Notes under the pieces: generated by a model | Databases searched by the model: none | What the model saw: the letters and a program-made list of their open reading frames with translations, nothing else | Told to the model about the DNA's origin: nothing | Shown: positions 1-12,490 of the stretch, piece after piece | Position numbering within the stretch: the first letter of the stretch is position 1 | Layout: every line of letters begins with the position of its first letter | Position numbers and translations under genes: made by a program | Origin: Squalus acanthias | Taxonomy: Eukaryota | NCBI GenBank assembly: GCA_030390025.1 | Contig: JASTWF010000034.1 | Span: 2,294,001 to 2,358,000 of the forward strand | Direction of reading: 5' to 3' | Length of the DNA stretch: 64,000 bases

Positions 1-660
1 CTTGCCTTCATCATTTCTCATCTCTACCCAAACCGCTTCTGCATCCTGGTTTCCTGAACTTTAGTCATCCCTCTATTGCGCTAATACCATTATTAATTTA
101 CAGAGCCACCCCTCCACTTTTTCCTAAATATCATGTACCCTTCAATATTCAGGTCCCAATGTTTGTCATCCTGCAGCCATGTCTCTGTAATAGCTATCAG
201 ATTGTACTTATTTAATTCTATTTACGCCATCAGTTCATCTGTTTTGTTTCGAATGCTTCGTGCATTCAGATACAGAGCCTTTAGTTTTGTCCTTTTGTTA
301 TTTTTGTAACCTTTAGCCTTATCTGTTGATTTACTCTTAGATTTGTACTCTCTATCCCTTCCCGTCTCGGTCTGCTTATCATTTCCCATGTTAATACCTT
401 TCTCTCTTGTCTTGTTTCTACTCTTTGATTTACCACATCTTCCCAGATTTGATCCCTGGCCCCCAATATTTAGTTGAAAGCCCTCTCTACCGCCCTAGTT
501 ATATGACTCGCCAGAACACTGGTCCCAGCACGGTTCAGGTGAAGACCAACCCAACGGTACAGTTCCCACTTTCCCCAGTACTGGTGCTAGTGCCCCAGGA
601 AGCGAAACCAATTTCTCCCATACCAGTCTTTGAGCTACGCATTCATCTCTCTAATTTGAT
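1..660 (-). mobile_element. CR1 LINE fragment (end of ORF1 / start of APE endonuclease)
   Basis: Minus strand reads LYLNARSIRNKTDELMA..YNLIAITETWLQ, a CR1 ORF2 N-terminus; mirror at 38027-38690. Confidence 0.85.
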
Positions 661-2885
661 GGAACAGGGTAGAGGGAGCTATACTTTGTATCTAAACCGT
701 GCTGTATCTGCCCTGGGAGTGTTCGATAGGTCTTTGTAGAGGGAGCTTTACTCTGTACCTAACCCGTGCACTACCTGCCCTGCGAGTATTTAATGCTACA
801 GTGATGAGGGAGCTTACTCTTTCAAAACAGTGCTGTACCTGCCCTGGGAGTGTTTGATGGGACGGTGTAGAGGGAGCTTTACTCTGTATCTAACCCTGTG
901 CTGTACCTGCCATGGTACTGTTTGATGGGACAGTGCAGAGGGAGTTTTACGCTGTATCTAACCCGTGCTGTACCTGCCCTCGGAATATTTGAAGGATCTT
1001 TGTAGAGGAAGCTTTACTCTGTATGTAACCCGTGCTGTATCTTCCTGGGAATATTTGAAGGGACAGTGCAGAGGAAGCTTTACTTTGCATCAATCCCTGT
1101 GCTGTACCTGCCCTGAGAGTGTTCGATAAGTCTTTGTAGAGGGAGCTTTACTCTGTACCTAACCCGTGCACTACCTGCCCTGCGAGTATGTAATGCTACA
1201 GTGATGAGGGATTTTTACTCTTTCAAAACAGTGCTGTACCTGCCCTGGGAGTGTTTGATCGGACAGTGTAGATGCAGCTTTACTCTGTATCTAACCCGTG
1301 CTGTACCTGCCCTGGGAGTGTTTGATGTGACAGTGTAGAGGGAGCTTTACTCTGTATCTAACCCCGTGCTGTACCAGCCATGGGGCTTTTTGATGGGACA
1401 GTGTAGAGGGAGCTTTACTCTGTGTCTAACCGGTGCTGTACCTGCCCTGGCAGTTTTTGATACGACAGTGTAAAGGGAGCTTTACTCTGTACCTAATCCA
1501 TGCATTACTTGCCGAGAGTGTTTGAGGGGACAGTGTAGAGGGAGCTTTATTCGGTATCTAACACGGGCTGTACCTGCCTGAGAAAGTTTGATGCGACAGT
1601 TTAGAGGAAGCTTTACTCTGTATCTAACCCGTGCTGTACCTGCCCTGGGAGTGTTTGATGGGACAGTGTAGAGGGAGCTTTACTCTGTATCTAACCCGTG
1701 CTGCACCTGCCCTGGGAGTGTTTGATAGGACAGTGTAGAGGGAGCTTTACTCTGTATCTAACCCCGTGCACGACCTGCCCTGCGAGTGCTTGATGAGGCA
1801 GTGTAGAGGGAGCTTTACTCTGTACCTAACCCGTGCACGACGTGCCCTGCGACTGTTTGATGGGGCAGTGTAGAGGGAGCTATACTCTGCATTTTACCTG
1901 TTCTGTACCTGCCCTGGGAGTGTTTCATGGGACAGTGCAGAGGGATCTTTACTCTGTAACTAACCTATGCACTAACTTCCCAGCGAGTGTTTGATGGGAC
2001 AGTTTAGATGGTGCTTTATTCTATATCTAACCATTGCAGTACCTGCCCTGGGAGTGTATGATGCGATTCTGCAGAGGGATCTTTACTCTGCATCTTACCT
2101 GTGCTGTACCAGTCCTGGGAGTGTTTGATGGGACAGTGTATAGGTAGATTTACTCTGCATCTTACCTGTGCTGTACCTAAACTCTGAGTGTTTGATGGGA
2201 AAGTATAGAGGGAACTTTACTCTGTAACTAACCTGTGCTGCACCTGCCCCGGGACTGTTTGTTGGGACAGTGTAGAGGGAGCTCTAATCTGTATCTAACC
2301 ATTGTTGTGTCTGCCCTTGGTGTGTTTGATAGCACAATGTATAGTGAGCTATACTCTGTATCTAACCCGTGCTGTTGCAGACCTGGGAGTGTTTGATGTG
2401 ATAGTATATATGGAGCATTACTCAGTATCTAACCCGTGCTGTACCTGCCCTGGGAGTGTTTCATGGGGCAGTCTAGAGGGAGCTTTACTCTGTATTTAAT
2501 CCATGCTGTACCTGACCTGGGAGTGTTTGATGCAAAAGTGTAGAGGCAGCTTTACTCTGCATCTTACCGTGCAGTACCTGGCCTGGGAGTGTTTGATGGG
2601 ATTGTGCAGAGGGCTCTTTACTATGTATCTAATCCTTGCAGTACCTGCCCTGGGAGTGTTTGATGGGATTGTGCAGAGGGCTCTTTACTATGTATCTAAT
2701 CCTTGCAGTACCTGCCCTGGGAGTGCTTGACGGCCAGTGTATTGTGCGCTTTACTCTATATCTAACCCATGCTGTACCTCACCTGCGAGTGTTTGATGGG
2801 ACCGTGCAGAGGGATCTTTACTAAGTATCTAACAAATGCTGTACCTGCACTGGGACTGTTTGATGGGACAGTGTAGTGGGAGCCT
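661..2885 (+). repeat. 67-bp tandem satellite (about 33 diverged units)
   Basis: Unit ACTCTGTATCTAACCCGTGCTGTACCTGCCCTGGGAGTGTTTGATGGGACAGTGTAGAGGGAGCTTT; period 67 (TATCTAACCC at 1621 and 1688). Confidence 0.95.
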
Positions 2886-3215
2886 TATAATTCTTTATAA
2901 CGTTAGAATCCTTAATAAACATTTACAAAAGGTGTATAACGGGTTATTAAGGATTATAATGATTTATAAAGGGTCATGTCCCTTTATAATATTTTGCATC
3001 ACTTTGTACCCCATTCAAATCCCTTTATAATCCTTTGTCGATCATTATAACAATTTATAAGCCTTTGTCGATCATTATAACCCTTTATATTCCTTAACAA
3101 TTCATCATAACACTTTATATTCTAAAATCAACATTTATATATCATTATAATACTTTATATTCATTTATAATAATTTATAACCCAGCATAATCCTTTATAA
3201 CCCTTTATAAAGCGT
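2886..3215. repeat. AT-rich low-complexity tract (TTATAA-rich)
   Basis: Repeated TTATAA/TTTATA words; mirror at 32455-32785. Confidence 0.7.
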
Positions 3216-4277
3216 CAGGATACAGCGTAGGGATAATGGGTAGGTACTCAAATTGGCAGGATGTGACTCGTGGTGTCCAGCAGGGCTGTGTTTTGGGGCC
3301 TCAGCTATTCACAATATTTATTAATGACTTAGGTGATGTCATAGAAAGTCATATACCCAAATTTGCCGATGACACAAAGATAGGCAGCATTGTAGGCAGT
3401 GTAGGTGAAACCATAAAATTACAAAGGGATATTGACAGATTAAGGGAATGGGCAAAACTATGGCAAATGGATTTCAATGTAAGCAAATGTGAGGTCATCA
3501 CTTTGGACCCTAAAAGGATAGAACAGGTTACTTTCTAAATGGTGAAAAGCTAAAAAGAGTGGATGTCCAAAGAGACTTCGGGGGTCCAGGTACATAGATC
3601 ATTAAAATGTCATGGACAGGTACAGAAAATAATCAAAAAGGCTCATGGAAAGCTGGTCTTTATATCTAGAGGACTAGATTACAAGGGGTAGAAGTTATTC
3701 TGCAGCTATACAAAACCCTGGTTAGACCACACCTGGAGTACTGTGAGCAGTTCTGGGCACCACACCTTAGGAAGGATATATTGGCCTTGGAGGGAGTGCA
3801 GCGCAGGTTTACCAGAATGATACCCAGACTTCAAGGGTTAAGTTACGAGGAGAGATTACACAAATTAGGGTACTATTCCCTAGAATTTAGAAGGTTAAGG
3901 GGTGATCTGAGCGAAGTTTTCAGGATATTAAGGGGAACAGATAGAGTAGATAGCGAGAAACTATTTCCATTGGTGGGGATACTAGGACTGGAGGCACAGT
4001 CTAAGAATTAGAGGCAGTCCTTTCAGGAGTGAAATTAGGAAACACTTCGACACACAAAGTGGTAGAAATTTGGAACTCTCTTCCACAAACGGAAGTGGAT
4101 GCTAGATAAATTGTTAATTTTAAATCGGAGATTTATTGCTTTTTGTTAACCAAAGGTATGAAGGGATATGGGCCAAAGGTGGGTTTATGGAGTTAGATCG
4201 CAGATCAGTCAATGATCGCATTGAATGGGGCAACAGGCTCGAGGGGCTGAATGGCCGACTCCTCTTCCTATGTTCCT
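3216..4277 (+). mobile_element. CR1 LINE 3' fragment (RT, frameshifted)
   Basis: GVQQGCVLGPQLFTIFINDL, KFADDTK, LEFRRLRGDL; CR1-type 3' UTR hairpin and tail. Confidence 0.93.
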
Positions 4278-4384
4278 CAGTGTAGGATCCGTTGACTTGT
4301 TAGCCCTCCCCAAATGCATTACCTCACACGACTCCGGATTGAATTCCATTTGCCACAATCTCCCTGCATGTAGCATGAGTTATA

Positions 4385-4900
4385 CACAGAGTAAAGTACC
4401 CTTTACACTGCCCAATCAAATAGTCCAAGGGCAGGTACAACACGGGTTAGATCGAGAGATACAGAGTAAAGCTCCCTTTACACTGCCCAATCAAACAGTC
4501 CAAGGGCAGGTACCCCACGGGTTAGATACAGAGTAAAGCTCCCTTTACACTGCCCAATCAAACAGTCCAAGGGCAGGTGCAGCACGGGTTGGATAGAGAG
4601 ATACAGAGTAAAGCTCCCTTTACAATGCCCAATCAAACAGTCCAAGGGCACGAACAGCACGGGTTAGATAGAGAGATACAGACTAAACCTTCCTCTGCCC
4701 TGTCCACTCAAACACTCGCAGGGCAGGTACAGCGCGGGTGACATGCAAAGCTCCCTCTAATACAGCATGTGCAGCGTACAGCTCCCTTGACACTACCCAA
4801 TGAAGCACAACCAGCTCGGGTACAGCATGGGATGAATACAGATAAAGATCTCACTACATGCAAGTGTCAAACACTCCCGGGTGAGGTACGGGCAAGGTTT
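4385..4900 (-). repeat. Degenerate 67-bp satellite in opposite orientation
   Basis: CAGAGTAAAGCTCCCTTTACACTGCCCAATCAAACAGTCCAAGGGCAGGT units; mirror about 30930-31285. Confidence 0.8.
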
Positions 4901-4993
4901 ATCTCCGAGTTAAGCTCCGCTCAACTTGCCACATCAAAGGCCGAGCCTGACGGCAGATGTTGAACAGCTCCCAGTATCTGGTTAGACTCTCAC

Positions 4994-5208
4994 CTCAGCA
5001 AAATCCTGGACTGATGGGATTCTCCGTAAAGTTCCTCACCTTTCCAATCATTGTTGAAGCTTCCCGTTTTATCCCGTCTCCGACACTGGGGGTCTCGATC
5101 CCACCAGATCTGCTCTGTGAAGCAGCGACATTTCTCCAGTACCAGTCAGTGAGGCGATGATTCGACTTCTCTCTCTCACCTTCCTGAGATATTGCTCACT
5201 CCCAGAGA
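4994..5208 (-). other. Putative exon 2 of an unidentified gene (left copy)
   Basis: Minus strand acceptor TTTTTCTATTGACAG|TCT and donors AAAG|GTGAGG (exon end 5040) and TGAG|GTGAGA (exon end 4994); present in three copies. Confidence 0.5.
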
Positions 5209-5382
5209 CTGTCAATAGAAAAATGATTCATATTAATCCCAGAATACAGGGGGAGCATTTTTGTGACCATAATTATATTCAATTTGATTATTTTTGCAAT
5301 TAATCAGGGTGTTTGAATTACTTACTTTAATATTGAATAGTTCTTTTCTGTCCATTGCCCTGTTTATTGGGACTAAACTCAC

Positions 5383-5640
5383 CCCCAGTGTCAGCTGTCA
5401 CTCCAGCTCCTCCCACACCGACATCCCACTGATGGGCCGTAACCAGGGGCGGGGCCCTGTCTCCAGGTGACATCACACAGCAGCTAGGAACGATGTCACA
5501 AAGCGGCCGGAACCCCTCCCACTCGAGGTGTCACAGGGTCACATTGACCATGCTCTGCTCCTGGTGTGCAGTCTCACTGGGCATGAACACAGGGTGTACA
5601 ATCAGCCCCGTCTCCGGGAATGAAATGGATCCTGCCCTAC
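5383..5640 (-). promoter_or_regulatory. Putative promoter and non-coding exon 1 with GC box and ERE (left copy)
   Basis: Donor GGGG|GTGAGT at 5381-5382 (minus), GGGGCGGGGC near 5446, GGTCAcatTGACC at 5537-5549, several TGACA/TGTCA motifs. Confidence 0.45.
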
Positions 5641-5859
5641 ATCTCTCCCGAGTTTTATTTCCATCGGTGTACAATGGGTGGCTGATTCACAATTACCCGG
5701 TTTGTACTTAGCACCTACTAAACGACAAACTCTACCCCAGTATTTCTTTCCTTCTCTACGTATCTGCTCCCTCACTGTCTCTGCCTCTCTCTCTCTCTCT
5801 GCAGTGAGGGATACGTCTGGGGCTGGGATCATACTGTGCGGAAAGGATCAGAATACCAG

Positions 5860-6938
5860 TTAGCCTCTCTTCCCTCTCCCACATCGTTACCTCTGTTGTC
5901 CCCCAAGGATCTCTCCTTGGCCCCCTCCTATTTCTCATCTACACGTTGCCACTTGGTGAAATCATCCAGAAACACAGTCAGTTCCACATGTACGCTGACG
6001 ACACCCAGCTCTACCTCACTACCTCTTCTCTCGACCCCTCCACGGTGTCTAAATTGTCAGACTGCTTGACCGACATGAGCAAAAGTTTCTCCAAGTAAAT
6101 ATTGGGAAGACCGAAGCCATTGTTTTCGGTCCCTGCCACCAACACCGTTCCCTTGCCACAGACTCAATCCCTCTCTCTAACATCTGTCTGAGGCTGAATC
6201 ACACTGTTCGCAACATTGGTGTCATATTTGACCCTGAATTGAGCTTCCGACCACATATCCGCAGCATAACAAAGGCCGCCTACTTCCACCTCCGTAACAT
6301 CACCCGTCTCCGCCCTTGCTCATCTCATCCGCTGCTGAAACCCTCATCCATGCCTTTGTTACTTCCAGACTTGACTATTCCAACGCACTCCTGGCTGGCC
6401 TCCCACATTCCACCCTATGTAAACTTGAGGTCATCCAAAACTCGGCTGCCCGTGTCCTAACTCGCACCAAGTCCCGTTCACCCATCTCCCCTGTGCTCGC
6501 TGACCTACACTGGCTCCCGGTTAAGCAGCACCTCGATTTCAAAATTCTCATCCTTGTTTTCAAATCCTTCCATGGCCTCGCCCCTTCCTATCTCTAATCT
6601 CCTTCAGCCCCACAAACCCCCGAGATATCTGCGCTCCTCTAATTCTGCCCTCTTCAGCAACCCTGATTACAATCGCTCAACATTTGGTGGCCCTGCCTTC
6701 TGTTGCCTAGGCCCTAAGTTCTAGAATTCCCAGCCTAAACCTCTCCGCCTCGCTAACTGTCTTTCCTCCTTGAAGACGCTCATTAAAACTTCAACTTTGA
6801 CTAAGATTTTAGTCACCTGTCCGAATTTATCCTGATGTGGCTCAATGTCAAAATTGTTTGTCTTAAAATACACCTGTGAAGCGACTAGGGACGTTTTACT
6901 ACGTTAAAGGCGCTATTTAAATACAAGTTATTGTTGTT
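5860..6938 (+). mobile_element. L2-clade LINE 3' fragment
   Basis: VPQGSLLGPLLF, MYADDTQLY, AETLIHAFVTSRLDYSN, LHWLPV; tail AAAGGCGCTATTTAAATACAAG(TTG)n. Confidence 0.92.
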
Positions 6939-7063
6939 GCACATCTCTGGCTCTATAGAATCATAGAATGGATACAGTACAGAAGGAGGCCTTACGGCCC
7001 GTCGAGCCCGTGCCGGCTTTCTACAAGAGCACTTCAGCAAGTCCCACTTATCCAATCCCCTTT

Positions 7064-8790
7064 TGATATACTCCACACCCCTCACTGTAACACGGATATA
7101 CTCCACACCCCTCACTGTAACACTGATATACCACACACCCCTCACTGTAACACTGATATACTCCACGCCCCTCACTGTAATACTGATATACCCCACACCC
7201 CTCACTGTAACACTGATATACTCCACACCCCTAACTGTAACACTGATATACCCCACACCCCTCACTGCAACACTGATATAACCCACACCCCTCACTGTAA
7301 CACTGATATACACCACACCCCTCACTGTAACACTGATATACCCCACACCCCTCACTGTAACACTGATATACCCCACACCCCTCACTGTAACACTGATATA
7401 CCCCACACCCCTCACTGTAACACTGATATATCCCGCACCCCTCACTGTAACACTGATATACTCCGCACCCCTAACTGTAACACTGATATATCCCACACCC
7501 CTCACTGTAACACTGATATACCCCACACCCCTCACTGTAACAGATATATCCCACACCCCTCACTGTAACACTGATATACTCCACACCCCTAACTGTAACA
7601 CTGAAATACCCCACATCCCTCACTGTAACACTGATACACCCCACACCCCTCACTGAAACACTGATATACCCCACACCCCTCACTGTAACACTGATATACC
7701 CCACACCCCTCACTGTAATGCACTGATATACCCCACACCCCTCACTGTAATGCACTGATATACCCCACACCCCTCACTGTAACACTGATATACCCCACAC
7801 CACTCACTGTAACACTGATATACCCCACACCCCTCACTGTAACACTGATATATCCCACACGCCTCACTGTAACACTGATATACCCCACACCCCTCACTGT
7901 AACACTGATATACGCCACACCCCACACTGTAAAACTGATATACCCCACACCCCTCACTATAACACTGATATACCCCACATCCCTCACTGTAACATTGATA
8001 TACCCCACACCCCTCACTGTAACACTGATATATCCCACACGCCTCACTGTAACACTGATATAACCCACACCACTCACTGTATTACTGATATACCCCACAC
8101 ACCTCACTGCAACACTGATATACCACTCACCCCTCACTAACACTGATATGCCCCACACCCCTCACTGTAACACAGCAGTACCCCACACCCCTCACTGTAA
8201 CACTGATATACCCCACACCCCTCACTGTAACACTGATATACCCCACATCCCTCACTGTAACACTGATATATCCCACACGCCTCACTGTAACACTGATATA
8301 ACCCACACCACTCACTGTATTACTGATATACCCCACACCTCTCACTGTAACACAGCAGTACCCCACACCCCTCACTGTAACACTGATATACCCCACACCT
8401 CTCACTGTAACACTGATATACCCCACACCTCTCACTGTAACACTGATATACCCCGCACCCCACACTGTAAAACTGATATACCCCACACTCCTCACTATAA
8501 CACTGATATACCCCACATCCCTCACTGTAACATTGATATACCCCACATCCCTCACTGGAACACTGATATATCCCACACGCCTCACTGTAACACTGATATA
8601 ACCCACACCACTCACTGTATTACTGATATACCCCACACCCCTCACTATAACACAGCAGTACCCCACACCCCTCACTGTAACACTGATATACCCCACACCT
8701 CTCACTGTAACACAGATATACCTTATACCCCTCAATTTAACACTGTGATATACCTCACTATAACACACGGAAATACCCCACAGGCCTCAC
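7064..8790. repeat. 30-bp minisatellite (about 57 units)
   Basis: Unit CACTGATATACCCCACACCCCTCACTGTAA. Confidence 0.97.
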
Positions 8791-8805
8791 AGTAACACTA
8801 TGCTT

Positions 8806-9567
8806 CAGTGGGGAGGCGAGCTGCTATTTTAGTGGGGAGGTGAGCTGCTGGTTTAGTGGGGAGGTGAGCTGCTGGTTTAGTGGGGAGGTGAGCTGCTGGT
8901 TTAGTGGGGAGGTGAGCTGCTGGTTTAGTGGGGAGGTGAGCTGCTGGTTTAGTGGGGAGGTGAGCTGCTGGTTTAGTGGGGAGGTGAGCTGCTGGTTTAG
9001 TGGGGAGGTGAGCTGCTGGTTTAGTGGGGAGGTGAGCTGCTGGTTTAGTGGGGAGGTGAGCTGCTGGTTTAGTGGGGAGGTGAGCTGCTGGTTTAGTGGG
9101 GAGGTGAGCTGCTGGTTTAGTGGGGAGGTGAGCTGCTGGTTTAGTGGGCTGGTGAGCTGCTGGTTTAGTGGGCTGGTGAGCTGCTGGTTTAGTGGGGAGG
9201 TGAGCTGCTGGTTTAGTGGGGAGGTGAGCTGCTGGTTTAGTGGGGAGGTGAGCTGCTGGTTTAGTGGGGAGGTGAGCTGCTGGTTTAGTGGGGAGGTGAG
9301 CTGCTGGTTTAGTGGGGAGGTGAGCTGCTGGTTTAGTGGGGAGGTGAGCTGCTGGTTTAGTGGGGAGGTGAGCTGCTGGTTTAGTGGGGAGGTGAGCTGC
9401 TGGTTTAGTGGGGAGGTGAGCTGCTGGTTTAGTGGGGAGGTGAGCTGCTGGTTTAGTGGGGAGGTGATCTGCTGGTTTAGTGGGCTGGTGAGCTGCTGGT
9501 TTAGTGGGGAGGTGAGCTGCTGGTTTAGTGGGGAGGTGAGCTGCTGGTTTAGTGGGGAGGTGAGCTG
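8806..9567. repeat. 24-bp near-perfect G-rich minisatellite (about 31 units)
   Basis: Unit GTGGGGAGGTGAGCTGCTGGTTTA. Confidence 0.98.
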
Positions 9568-9925
9568 TTATCATTCGTTGTTCTTGCCCATTGATCTCTA
9601 TCAGTTTGTTCTTTACTCTCCCACACAGGAGTGTTAATTACCTGCTTCTGTAACCTTCAAACCCTCACAGCTTCCAATGTCCTTTACAAAAGGGACTGAT
9701 TCTCTGCCCACACAGCCCAGCAGTCTTCCAGACACCCTGCTGGCATTAAATTCAATCTTCACACTCACCTATGCTCGGCAGCAGATGTGCGTCTTTCTGG
9801 AGTGTATTCTAACCTAACTTAATCCGTGGTTATTCTAGCTTAATATTGATATAATTCCATATGTCAACCAGTGTATTATATTTAATAATCTATACATACC
9901 AATACTTACAAGAACTTTTAAAAGG

Positions 9926-10459
9926 TCAGCTTTCAGAGTGCATTCGCTTGCGCTTCAGTAGACTGGATGACCTTGTGAATCTCTCCACACACATGGAGTG
10001 GGTCAACAGTCTCTCCCCAGTGTGTCTGCGCCGATGAATTTGCATCTGAGACGGATAATTGAACCCCTTCTCACAGTCCCCACATTCCCACGGTTTCTCC
10101 ATGGTCCATCTGTCTCTCCAGGTTGGACGATCGTTTGAAGCCTCGTCCACACACATAACACGTGTACGGTTTCTCCCCGCTGTGAATGGTGTGAAGTTTT
10201 TTCAGGCTGTGTAGCTGGTTACAGCTCTTTCCACAGTCAGTGCACTGGAACACTCTCGCTCAAGTGTGAATGGGTCTCAGTGCTTTCCCAGTCGCATGAT
10301 GTGTAAAATCCTTTCCCACACACAAGAACCCGAGAAAGATGTCTCCTTCCGCATTCAAAGGCCGATGATATTCAGGTCCTGATGAATCGAGTGACTCTCA
10401 GATCTTGGCGTGATGTTTGTTTTGAGTTTCTTGTCTACAAATCCTCCCCTTCTAATACC
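9926..10459 (-). pseudogene. C2H2 zinc-finger exon, frameshifted (left copy)
   Basis: [68 protein letters not shown]; acceptor TTTTTCAG|GGT on minus strand at 10460. Confidence 0.9.
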
Positions 10460-10674
10460 CTGAAAAAGGAGATTACAAAAGTCATCACTAAGTGCAGGAC
10501 ATAAATTCAGAACAGACAATTCTACTTTCTATGGAACAATCTTTCCTCTCTTGTTTCCCCCAAAAGCTGTAAATTCCTGTCCCACACACTCTCCCTCTCC
10601 CTGTGCTGAAATCCCTACCCATTGCACCATATTTTTGCCCCAACCCACTCTCTCCCTCCCTCTGCTCTCCAGCC

Positions 10675-11207
10675 CCTGTGTGCGAGGAGTGTGATGGAAT
10701 ACTCTCCACTTGCCTGGATGAGTACAGCTCCAACAACACTCAAGAAGCTCGACGCCATCCAGGACGAATCAGCCCGCTTGATTGACACCCCATCCACCAC
10801 ATGAAACATTCACTCCCTCCACCACCGGCGTACCGTGGCTGCAGTGTGTACCATCTACAAGATGCACTGGAGCAACTCGCCAGGTCGTGATCGGTAGCAA
10901 CTCCCAAACCCGCGAACTCTTCTACACAGAAGATCAAGGACAGCAGGCTCATGGGAACACCACCACCTCCAGGTTCCCCTCCAAGTCACACACCATCCTG
11001 ACTTAGAAGTATATCGTCAATCCTTCATCATCGCTGGGTCAAAATCCAGGAACTCCCTATCTAACAGCAAAGTGGGAGTACCATCACCACACGGACTGCA
11101 GCGGTTTAAGAAGGCAGCTCACCACCACCTTCTCAAGGGCAATTAGGGATGGGTAATAAATTCTGGCCTTGCCAGCGACTCCCACATCGCATAAACGAAT
11201 ATAAAAA
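10675..11207 (+). mobile_element. Non-LTR LINE 3' end (CR1-like clade, family not assigned)
   Basis: MEYSPLAWMSTAPTTLKKLDAIQ; 3' end CACCACCTTCTCAAGGGCAATTAGGGATGGGTAATAAA with A-rich tail; mirror 22855-23385. Confidence 0.8.
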
Positions 11208-11224
11208 GCAGCTTCTGCTGCACC

Positions 11225-11750
11225 TGCTCTGGGAGTGGGTGGCGCATGCGCCCTGATCCCGCCCTGTCCAAGATGGCGGCGCGGGGACAAGTCCCGCCTT
11301 CCTTCACCAAGATGGCGGCCGGTTGCCGGGGTAACCCGGGGCTCTCGCCGCGGAGAAATCCTCTCGCAAACGGGCGGACAGTCACCCGCTCAACCCGGCG
11401 GCCGGGCCTGGCGCCACGGCGCAAACACGGCACCGGCGGCGTCTTATTCGGGGCCTGAGCCCGACGCCCGGTGTTTTTGAAGCTCCCCAGCCCCGCCGCG
11501 GCGACTATTCCTCCCCGGCCCCCACAATGTCTTCCCACCTCTCGAGCCGCCTTTTCGGCCATTAGTGCAACAGAAAATGACCTGAACCGTTCGCTCTGAT
11601 TCTCTCGGCCCGCGACTTTTATTGTTGTCCGCCATTACTCTTGACGTCACCACGCGTACTGCGCATGATCAGAGCACGCCCCGGTCTCGCGCCTGCGCAG
11701 TGGAGTCCTGCAGTCATTGATAGGGCACTTTCTGCCGCGTGGTGGATCCT
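11225..11750 (-). promoter_or_regulatory. CpG-island promoter of the ZNF gene (left copy)
   Basis: High CpG density; two YY1 motifs CAAGATGGCGGC; NRF1-type GCGCATGCGC, TGCGCATG, GCGCCTGCGCA; CRE TGACGTCA at 11642. Confidence 0.75.
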
Positions 11751-11921
11751 GGGTAAACACACTGCCATTGAAAGTTCCAATTGCTGAAGAGATCATTCAC
11801 ATTTTCAGATTGGGCCTTTGTTCACTACCTGTAGGCGGCTAACATTAAGTTGCCCCATTTTCACTAGACGTGGACATAAACCAATAAGGCAAGTGTCCCA
11901 GCACACCACAAATATCCAGTA

Positions 11922-12027
11922 ACAGTTCTGACGAAGGGCCCTGGACCCGAAACGTTGACTCTGTTTCTCTCTCCTCGATGCTGCCTGACCTACTGAGTGT
12001 TTCCAACATGTTCTGTTGTTATTCCTG
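11922..12027 (+). mobile_element. Penelope pseudo-LTR remnant with hammerhead motif
   Basis: CTGACGA-AGGGCCCTGGACCC-GAAACGTT followed by CTCTCTCC..GATGCTGCCTGACC, as at the 3' ends of the other Penelope copies; mirror 22015-22122. Confidence 0.75.
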
Positions 12028-12059
12028 TAATAAGTATGTACAATACACCCAAACACACA

Positions 12060-12213
12060 AACAATAATTAAATCACAATGTGACAGTGAGGGTCGATTAT
12101 TACCTCACTGAGCTACGGTGCCCACCGGGCACCTCAGGTAATGATACAGAGGCTGCAACCTCTCACACTGAAAATACATATGGATCATAGACTCCTCAAG
12201 GCCGTAAAAACAC
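12060..12213 (-). mobile_element. Tx1/L1-like LINE 3' fragment, internally deleted relative to its mirror
   Basis: Matches both ends of 21563-21980 but lacks about 270 bp of its middle. Confidence 0.6.
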
Positions 12214-12490
12214 GGCTGGAATTGTGCCTACCTGGCAGGTCCGGTGCGGGCGGTGGCAATCGCGGGTCGTCAGCCCGCTGCTGAAAATGACTTTACGTTA
12301 GTCGGACCTATTGAGCCCACCCAGCGTGTTACCCGGTCCAATTAAATGATGCGGGTCTGGACTGTTGACATCGTTGATTAAGCGTTTTCAGCCGGGATCT
12401 TTAAGGGGCCATGGCCACATTGGACTTGAATGTCAATGTAACATACTGCTGTCAGTGCACTACAGCATTGGATTGCTGCAAACACTAACA

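Noticed and set aside
8806..9567. Interstitial telomeric repeat
   Set aside because: TTTAGTGGGG only resembles TTAGGG; the true period is 24 bp
6885..9637. Long repetitive ORFs (VTVRGVGYIS, PTKPAAHL, SCWFSGEV repeats)
   Set aside because: By-products of 30- and 24-bp minisatellites open on both strands; the mirror arm lacks the expansion
11084..11653. Overlapping GC-rich ORFs in the CpG island (also 22324-22981)
   Set aside because: Expected in GC-rich DNA; frames are not conserved between arms and no domain is recognisable
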